DNA from: Octopus vulgaris
Lineage: Eukaryota
NCBI GenBank assembly: GCA_951406725.2
Contig: OX597814.1
Coordinates: 150,350,001-150,414,000, forward strand
Direction: 5' to 3'
Length of the DNA stretch: 64,000 nt
Below the pieces are notes generated by a model. That model did not search any database. It was not told the origin of the DNA and saw nothing but the letters and a program-made list of their open reading frames with translations. Made by a program: the position numbers and the translations under genes. Every line of letters starts with the position of its first letter. The stretch's first letter is position 1. This document shows, piece after piece, positions 54,250 through 64,000 of this stretch.

Positions 54250-56020
54250 ATATACGTAGCATTATGCTTGCTTCTATCTCTCAAACAAACCGTATGTTTT
54301 CTTTTCTTCAATTTATCCGCTGCGGTATCGATATACTTGATTATTGTGTTGTCTGAATCAGGATTGTTGATCCTACATCACTTCCTTTTCAAGCCATTTG
54401 TTATCTAGAGAACAGTTTTCGGGTGAGCTGTTGTTACGTAGATATTGAAGATAATTTATTTAGAGTAATTTTTTGTATTAAATATTTGGGATCCTATATT
54501 TAGGATGAAAACGTAACTAGCATTAACAGTGTTTCAATTAAGTATTGATTGGTATTTATGTGAAGGTGGAAAGTGTATATCAATTAGTGTTGGAAGCGGC
54601 TAGAAGTATTTCTTACCACGTTCATACTATACAGTGGATTGAACCAGGATTTTTCTTAATGCATCTATGGGATGTAATGGGGAGGGTTGTCGTTGAAGTT
54701 TGAACTTGCTAATACATTGTTGTAATACACGTCATTTCTATAGAATTCGCTTCATCTGAAGAAAGGCGTGAGATGCACTTGCTATTATTATTCATGATCT
54801 ACTTTATGATTATTTCGGATAATTTGGGAACTGCTAATGTAGGTGACTTCTGAAATTGTTTCACGGAAAGGCTGATATATATCTGTTCTAAGAATCATGT
54901 TAAAAAATTCAAATAATATATTTCGAGGTTGGTATTAACTGTAAACATTAGGCTACGATGCGTTAATATTGAAATTTACTTATTCCTAATAGTATCCATA
55001 TTGTCGCGTCTATTTTTGTAACGTACCACCCCCAATACATCCCTGTATAATCCTCTACATTGGCTTCCTTTATTTCACTGTTTAGTCTATATGGAATAAA
55101 TAGGTCAATCAAATCCGAAATTTTAGTTTCATTGTAGTTTCTATTTCGACATCAACGAATTCATCATCGTGATTTTTTTAACACAATAGGAATTTTCGTA
55201 TCAAGAAAGTTATGATTTTCTGGCATTCATCATTATAATAAGTGAGATTCGAAGACTGTAGTGTATAACGTTTCGGACTCGAGGGCCTGGAGCAGAAGGA
55301 CTTTTGAGATTGACGAGCAAAATCCCAAAATGTCAAACTGTATTAGGTTCGATATGTGTTTATAATTTATAAACTTAAACCAATCAATGATTCCACCGAA
55401 CATATGCATTATTTGAGTCAGCTCTAATATTTATGATAATTCTATATAATATCGATTTGCTAATGATTGATTTTTTCACTTTTAGTGTGATGAATTTGTC
55501 GATAATTGAGATTATGGTTAAGATTCACAGTCACAAAGAGTTTCTATCTCTTGTGATTCATCGGTGAAACCGCATGATTTTAACACTCCAGTCTCTTTCA
55601 GGTGTTTCTCTGTCATAACTAGTGCTGTTGCGCGTTTGTACACATATTTTAAATGTTATATACACCAGGAATTTCATCTAAAGTGTTTTCATTTTCGCAC
55701 GTTGGTTTAATTCTAGCCTGATTTACTTTCCCTCAAATCAGTAAATGTTTTACATAAAGATTTAGGTGATTACAGGCAATCAGTATTACACCTAAATAAA
55801 CGAATAATGAATATCCTAGCAACAATCATCGTTATAAAGTATTGAGTTCACAAGTTTAAAAATGGAAAGTAACTGAAATTTAGAAAAATTAAATTGTTCA
55901 AATTTAAGCCAGCCTTACATAAAAGTATTTGTAAAGTCAATTGTGTTCAGGTGTTTTGAAAATATGCATAAAATATGTGAATTGAAGTTTTACTTTTATT
56001 ATCAGACTGATAATAGTTGC
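54250..56020 (-). mobile_element. Penelope-like element relic (RT and linker toward GIY-YIG)
   Basis: Minus-strand peptides LIQFDILGFCSSIS (cf. FDIxxFYPSI); IIMMNARKS; GLYRDV (cf. GLYRDD); YQPFRE (cf. YxPYxKP); WFNPLYSMNV (cf. WFNPPYS). Heavily decayed. Confidence 0.7.
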
Positions 56021-57304
56021 TAATATCGCTGCTGTGAAAAAGGAGAATACAATAATCGCACATTTTATAGGAAAATGGCAGAGTATTAGAACTTCATGGT
56101 TATCAACTTAGTGAAATATGCTTCCTATAGCTGAAAAAAGGCTCCGGTTGAATAGAAGCAAATCTTGTTTAGTTCCTGGAATACAGATAATCTGACTGGA
56201 GTACTGTATTTGGTACTTTGTATGTAACTTGTAAAAGAAACAGAAGCTGCAAAGGTTTGAGGGTTTAACGATGTTGCATCGAAACGAAGCACTGTGCATA
56301 ATGATTTGTCTATGAACATACGGCTTTTGAAAGCTAATGAAGCGGCTATGGCTTGTGACAATAAAGCTTTGCTTGCGGCAGATAGTTTGACTTGCTACCT
56401 CTGGGTAACTAAGCCTTGCAGTACTCACTCTATTATAGCATGATTCGCTGTAAATGTCAGTCAATATAGTAGCAATTATTGGCATAATAAACCGTCGGAG
56501 GTATGCGTAATATATAATCGCTTCAAATGTTTGTAGCATAAACATGTTACATCTGACAAAATATATTTAAGTTTAGGTAAAACTCTTTTTAGTATATTCT
56601 ATTTTGTGATAGTGACACCCGGTTGCTATTCTTGCGAGGCGAATACTGAAACCCTTTCACTGAAGTGAGTGGTTTTGCTTTTCTGTCGAGGGACGTGCTG
56701 CTGCTATTCTAACAAGTACCACAATTATTCTACCCAGAGAAGAGACATCGAGGCGGCACATTTTAAAACGTGAAATATCCAGGTAAGAGCTGAACAGTTA
56801 GGAATATTTTTTTAAAATTCTATAACGACGATAATAACATAATTAATTTATGTACCACACAGCCTGTTATTAGATCAATTCATTTATTGAGTAATCACTT
56901 AATAACACCAATTCGCCTCTCCAATCTAAATCATGACACTTAACGGCATACAATTTTTCTAGGAATGTTGTAATTGCTATTATTACTCAGTGACGCAGCC
57001 ACTCACACCTGCTCTCTCTCTCCTCTCTTTCTCCTCTATCTCTTTCCTTCCCCCTCTCTTTCTCTCTCATATTATGTTATCATTATTAATAATTAGAGCA
57101 GTGAGTTCGCAGTATCGTTATTACGTCGAGCTCAATACTTCGCGGCATTTCATCTGAGTTCGTTTTCCACAAAAGTCAACTTTGCTTTTCCACCTTTCTC
57201 GGTCGATAAAATAAAATACCAGTCAAGTGTTGGAAGTTGATATAATCGAAGAACCGAAGCACCTAAAATTGCTGGCTCTGTGCTAAAATTTGAAACCACT
57301 ATTA

Positions 57305-57688
57305 GTCTCTTCTAATCTAGGTACAAGGCCAGAAATTTTGGGGTAGGGACCCAATCGATTAGCTCGATCCAGTACGTAACTGTTACTTAATTTATCAACC
57401 CCGAAAGTCGACCTCAGCGAAATTTGAACTCAGAATGTAAAGGCGGACGAAATACCTATTTTTTTACTACCCGCAAGGGGCTAAACATAGAGAGGACAAA
57501 CAAGGACAGACAAACGGATTAAGTCGATTATATCGATCCCAGTGCGTAACTGGCACTTATTTAATCGACCCCGAAAGGATGAAAGGCAAAGTCGACCTCG
57601 GCGGAATTTGAACTCAGAACGTAACGGCAGACGAAGTACGGCTACGCATTTCGCCCGGCGTGCTAACGTTTCTGCCAGCTCGCCGCCT
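57305..57688 (-). mobile_element. SINE family B dimer
   Basis: Two family B cores in tandem on the minus strand. Lies tail-to-tail with a degenerate plus-strand copy at ~57100-57300. Confidence 0.85.
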
Positions 57689-58904
57689 TTACAACCATTA
57701 TTATTATTTTGATATATATGCGCATGTCTGTGCCGTTATTATGGGGATGATTACATGGAAGTAGCTTCGTGTGGATCTCTGCAATTACTTGTTTATTCAC
57801 ATATGAAAATTTATACTTTTTTTCTGAAGCTATTTTCACTTGGGTAGTTAAGAGAGTTTCACACACTGATGGAAACTTGGTCGGTTGTAGACTCATACTT
57901 TTTTACTTTATAGAAAACACTCATGTTCTGTGTACTGATTCATAACAGCCGTTGTCAGCTATATTCCTATTCATAAATATAATATTCATCATACAAGAAG
58001 TTTCTAAGAAAAATGAACTTATTTTTTTCTTTTCAAGCAAAAGTTGAAATCGATGATATTAATATTTGTTTGAGAATTAGAAGTGCGTAGTCGCCTGATT
58101 CAATTATTGAATCCTTTAGAAATTGTGACTGTTAGTATCAAAGATTATGCTTGAATAAATTCACATATTATAGTTTAAAAAATTAATGGTAGAAAAAATA
58201 TGGTGAGTCGCCTTTCAAAGCCTTGGTTTTTCTATTAGTTTCATTTTTAACGTATCATGCGATTGTGTAGGAAATTACCTAGGTTACATATCATCTAATG
58301 CATAACTTTCCTCTGGCTACGATATTATCTTGACATTTTCAGAAAATTTTACTACCACTTCATTTTGTTTATTCAGTAGATTTGCTTCGTAAACTTCTCA
58401 GCTCATATGTCTTTTTGACTATTTCATATTTTTTTAATATTATTAATGTTTACAGATTTCAGATATTATGTTAGATGCAAAAGAAAAGAGAAGTAAGGAA
58501 AAGAAATGAAGAGAGAAAGTAATTCTTAATATTAAATCCAAATACAATTTCCGTTTACTCAAAATATTTCTACAACTTTGTAAAATCATATTTACATTTG
58601 AAAACACATAAATAAACTCACAATCAGAGTATTTCGTAAAATGTATAACATAATGCAACTTATCTTAATGTACTAATGTACTGTCATATTTATCGAATTT
58701 GTATGAATTTGTATAACTCAATTTTATGAAATAAAAAAAATTACAATAAACAATTTCATTAAATTATTCATCATAAGTCTTTATTATTTCCACTGTCTTC
58801 TGTAGCTTAATGCGTGGACTTATTATTTTTGTATGTAATATATGTATTATGCATTTAATATTAAATATCTAATATAGTTTAAAATATATGTTCATTTATA
58901 TTCT

Positions 58905-59282
58905 TTTCTACTCTAGGAACAAGGCCCGAAAATTTGGGGGAGGCGGGCCCAGTCGATTAGATCGACTCCAGTACGCAACTGGATCCCGAAAGGATGATAG
59001 GCAAAATCGACCTCGGCGGAATTTGAACTCAGAACGTAAAAACAGACGAAATACCTATTTCTTTATTACCCACAAGGGGCTAAACATAGAGTAGACAAAC
59101 AAGGACAGACATAGGTATTAAGTCGATTACATCGACCCAGTGCGTAACTGGTACTTAATTTATCGACCCCGAAAGGATGAAAGGCAAAGTCGACCTCGGC
59201 GGAATTTGAAATCAGAACGTAAATACAGACGAAATACCGCTAAACATTTCGCTCGACGTGCTAACGTTTCTGCCACCTCGCT
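58905..59282 (-). mobile_element. SINE family B dimer
   Basis: Same two-unit architecture and junction (GACGAAATACCTATTT) as 57305-57688. Confidence 0.85.
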
Positions 59283-60804
59283 GTCTTCGATGTCTATTTA
59301 TATTGATTTAAAAAATTCCTTTTTCATTTTATTTTGGATCCATTTCTATAACTAAGAGAAATAATCTCTTATAAATTGAGAAATGTCTTTAAATCGGAAT
59401 GAAATCATTGGTCTTACTCTCTGGCTCCGTTCGTCCTATCAAATAAGGCGGTTAAATAACATAGCAATCAACAAAAACATTAGCTCAATACTAATTTGTA
59501 TATCTCAAATAGACAGCAAACAATTTCTTAAATCATTGAACTAATATATCAAAAACTAAGATAAAACATTGTTTAGAAATCAGTGCAGATTCTTGTCTTT
59601 TAAAGCAGCTTAGCTATAAAATCCGCACAACTTAATATATATTAGATCTGAAATCATATTTTCGTAATGTACTGCAAAAGAAAAAAATCCGCAGAAGGGT
59701 TAAATTGAGTTTTTAGGCTAAGCACGTTCTAGGCTTGTTTGAAATCTTGACTACAGGATTTAATGAATAATGATTTACGAAGGCATAAATATTCATTTAC
59801 AAATTTTGAGAGTTTTATTTTCTATCAACGGATGGTGTTGAAACAGCTAAGAAATTTCAACACCAAACTCGCTATCTTTCAAGGTATACACAGATAATGA
59901 GTTTTTCTTAGTAATGAGAGTTAAGTAAAGAAACCTCAGTTATATAGTGGTTCCATTACTTTTAATGGAGAAATGCACCATCAAAGACAACACGATTTTA
60001 TTAAGATGATGGAATACCTGAGATGGTAGCGTGCTAGTGGGGAATAAATGAAAAAGAATCTAATTTCCTGCTCAATATTATTCTTTCACATTTCTTCAAA
60101 GTCAATTTGTGTCATTAATTAGACAATCGATAAAATAAATGTCAAATACCAACCTTATATTCCAATCAATTAAATTAACTATAATCACTAACCAAATATT
60201 TTTGACGTTATGCAACTGTAAGAAATGGCTAACTCAAAAAGAGTACGTAGAAAGTCAAAATATTCCCGCTGTGGGGAATCGAATCATATGACTGAATCTT
60301 GCTCTTCAATAGAGAGTTAAAGAAGATGAAGAGCAAGATCCCGAAACGTTAGTTTTCAGTCTTCACGATAGTTGCATGAACTCCATTCCATAAACTCTTC
60401 TTTTGTGCTAATCATTTCACAAGTTGACGCTGACTACTTTCTTCGGATTTCAGATCTATTTTCAGATAGAAAATGTTCTGTAGTCATAGACACAACAGGA
60501 GATAATTCAGTTGGATATTAATATAGCAGAATATTTTTGTTCAAATGAACCGATTCTAACTACACGCTGGTTTTCTATGTATGCGTGTATGTGTGTATAT
60601 GCATATAACAAGCTTACTCACAGTTTTTAACTCTTAGTTTTACACATGTGTATTTGTCAACCCAGGGCTATGGTATAGAACATATGCTCAAAGTGTCATG
60701 CAATGAGATCAAGAAGGGAACTAGAGTAATTGTATGCGTTAGCGTCGATGGTGGCACTTTTATTCATCCCCTGTAAGTCTGGGGATTAGAATAGTGCTTA
60801 AATA

Positions 60805-61065
60805 AAAAAATAATAAATGTGCCCTTTTAAAGCCTAGCCAGACACATGGGCCCGGTTTCCCGGTTACAATGGCGTATGTGTTCCCCAGCTGGGTGGGAGG
60901 CCAGTCCATCGCAACGTTACTCATTTTTGCCAGCTGAGTGGACTGGAGCAACGTGAAATAAAGTGTTTTGCTCAAGAACACAACACGTCGCCTGGTCCAG
61001 GAATCGAAACCACAATCTTACGATCATGATGCTGACACCCTAGCCAATAAGCCACGCGCCTCCAC
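60805..61065 (-). mobile_element. SINE family D with TSD
   Basis: Reverse complement of 45688-45952. TSD AGTGCTYAAATA at 60793 and 61066. Confidence 0.85.
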
Positions 61066-63256
61066 AGTGCTCAAATACTTCCTTGTTAAATACTTTGTAG
61101 TGTGAATATATGTTTATAAATGCTGCATGTATCTTAGAAGAATTCTTACAGAGAAGAATAAATTTAGGAACTATATATTTATTATATAAAATATATTTTA
61201 TTCACTGGTTGTCGATGAAACATAATCAAAATGTAGGAACTAACTGAATGAAATAATCTATGTAAAAAAGTTAAAAAATGTAGAAATAACAGCTAAATAG
61301 TGGTTTTTAGTAATGTGGCATAGAGAAATAGATAGACACAGCAACAACGTGAATGGCTCCGAGTCTAATCGACAAAGAAGCAAAGATCAGGACAAGAAAA
61401 CTGTTTGTATTAATGGAACGCTAGACATTCTAGAAACTTGCAAGAGAAACGCGAGGCTTCTTGAATAATTAAGAATTACTTCTCAGGAAAAAAATCTTCC
61501 GAGAAACTTACTAAAGGGAGTTTTCTCTATGACATTTCTTGCAAGATTATATCATTCAACTAGTTTAGCTACAGACGACAAACTACTACGACTTCCTTAT
61601 TCTCGATAAAATAATAATTGCAGAAAGAATGGACGTTTAATAAGGGTTAATTTAATGAAGATATATATTACAGTACATTAATGTTGCGGAATTACTTTAT
61701 TTTATGATCCAATAATTACCATTTTATATAGTACGATTCACTTACATAGAAGGCTTTTTTTCCCAAAAGCAGAAATTATTATGAGAAAAATATTTATGTT
61801 ACATTTATCTTTATTAAACTTTCTTCCTAACATCTGAGAAGAGTGAATCGAAAAACAGAAAGATGATATGGGTTTATGTCGTGTACGTAGACAAAGTAAT
61901 TAACATTGAAAAATTCCGTATGAAGCATAATACGCTGTTAAGTCAATACTCTGTCCACTAAGAACATTGTACAATATAGACTGATCGATGAACTAGATAT
62001 TTCACCAGCAAGTGTAATATATAAGATATTTACCTACTCAATACTTCAGCTTTTACATCTGCCATTTTTTCTTCATATGATATTAGTTTAAAAATCAAGA
62101 GGTGGATTGGCCATTATAGCAACTGACACAATGACTTGCGATAATTATTCAGTCTCGTACATTCTGAATTCACATTCCTCCGAGGTTAAATCTGCTTGTA
62201 CCTTTCACCAAAATGTAGCCATCAAGTTTGGAGTTCGATATCATCGACTTCTAAATTGTTCCGAAATGCCACGAACTATCACGTTACTGCTGGACTCATG
62301 TTCTTACACGACTATGAGACATCGACGACTGACGACTTGTTAGAAAACGCTACTGTTTCATCACTATTATTTATCTATAAGACAGTACACACATCTTGTC
62401 TTTACACTAAAAAATGTGAACAAGGATATTAATAAGCTAACTTTTCCCCCTATTAAATTCTAATAACAATTATAAAAATAATGTGTTTAGAATCAATACT
62501 ACGAAGAAAACAAGAATCACAAATAAACAAAGAAATGCTACATTTTCAGCGCAAAGATTTACCCCAGTCGTATATAAAATAGAAAATGCTTTGTGGCAAT
62601 GAATAGCAGGGTTGTTAGCTCATGGGGTACTTACTTCATTCTATTTCATATTTTTTCCCCTCAAGCGTAACATTTTTATCTCTATTTTATTGAAGGTTAT
62701 CTACAGCGACCGACGCGAAAAGGAATCTGTACATCAAAATGAACTAAAGTCATAAAGTTTAGAACAGTTTAACAATTGTTCTCAAGATACTTTATTTATT
62801 TGCTTTGAGTAACTAACATCGTGATATCGGCTTTACAACAGAGCTGGTTCATTGCACAGTAACAAGATGTTACATATACTTTCTCAATTGAATAGTTTCT
62901 TCAGTACTTGAATGATTTATTTTCCTAACTAGCGATCATCATAGTCTCTCTCATGGGTAGTGATGACGTCATAGATTTCTTTACTGACGGAAAGACGTCC
63001 ATTGTGATTATCTTATCGTTCGCTGTTCAAATATAATAGCAACAATATAACAAAATTCAAATGCTAGTAATATTTAGCTTCAGATTCAGCTCTGAATAAG
63101 CAGGTATTTGTTGATCAAAGTCCTTCCAACCGTGACCATTTAACATTGACTCTTAACACGATAGGGAGGGTGTCTTAGCGACATTTGGGTGCGGTGTCTA
63201 GAGGTTAAGCAAACGTAATGTCTGCAGCAAGAGAATTCTGAGTTCTAGTAACAAAC

Positions 63257-63489
63257 CTTTTCTTTACTACCCACAAGGGGCTAAACATACAGAGGACAAA
63301 CAAGGACAGACAAACGGATTAAGTTGATTACGTCGACCCCAGTGCGTAACTGGTACTTAATTTATCGACTCCGAAAGGACGAAAGGCAAAGTCGACCTCG
63401 GTGGAATTTGAACTCAGAACGTAACGGCAGACGAAATACAGCTACGCATTTCGCCCGGCGTGCTTACGGTTCTGCCAGCTCGCCGCCAT
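63257..63489 (-). mobile_element. SINE family B monomer with 16-bp TSD
   Basis: TSD AGTTCTAGTAACAAAC at 63241-63256 and 63490-63505. Confidence 0.9.
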
Positions 63490-64000
63490 AGTTCTAGTAA
63501 CAAACTCCATAGAAAAAGTGTTAAGCTTGTAATCTTCTGGTAAGCAAAACCTCTAACTTGGTTTTAATACACTACCGAAGTAATTTAATTCACGTTACTA
63601 ATATCATCGATTTATGTATGAAGATCAAAGGTGGCGATCTGGCAGAATCGCTAGCACAGAGGCCAAAATGCTTACCGGCGTTTCATCTATCGTTACATTG
63701 TAAATTCTAATTCTACCGAGGTTGTTTTCGAAATTATTGGGCTTATACCACAACTTGAAACCGATATATGTATGAAAATCACATCATCCAGTATCCCCTC
63801 TATGTGTCCAATGAAAATGCATCAACATTAATTTAGGGTATAGACACAAGAAGACAAATTTTGAGATGGGGCGATCCCAGAATGATGATAGTCCAAGTTT
63901 AACTCGATAGGATTTGTAACGAGGCATATATAATTAGAAATCGAATGATTCCACCAATTCACTGCGCAAAAATGTAGCAAATAGTGATAGCGAGTTAATT

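Noticed and set aside
56108-56545. 145-aa minus-strand ORF
   Set aside because: It has no recognisable motif or splice context, and its composition looks like non-coding sequence.

Overview
Eukaryotic, AT-rich, microsatellite-dense genomic DNA. It is most consistent with an octopus (cephalopod) genome, which I infer from the tRNA-derived SINE families and repeat landscape. I found no intact host protein-coding gene; most ORF-track entries are translated microsatellites or SINEs. The window is mostly transposable-element sequence. The largest element is a ~5.6 kb Helitron (7073-12649, minus strand) with both termini intact. Its Rep-Helicase gene is frameshifted and has lost the catalytic tyrosine motif III. 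Other elements are a short non-autonomous Helitron nested in a Tigger/pogo relic; hAT, mariner and Tc1/maT relics; L1/Tx1, R4/Dong, RTE and Penelope-like retroelement relics; a TIR element carrying telomere-like repeats; and many SINEs, including dimeric and chimeric forms. The least expected signal is a set of dispersed, degenerate minimal hammerhead-ribozyme-like motifs, the best at 13020-13118 inside a long hairpin. All translations and alignments were read by eye, so the boundaries of degenerate relics are approximate.
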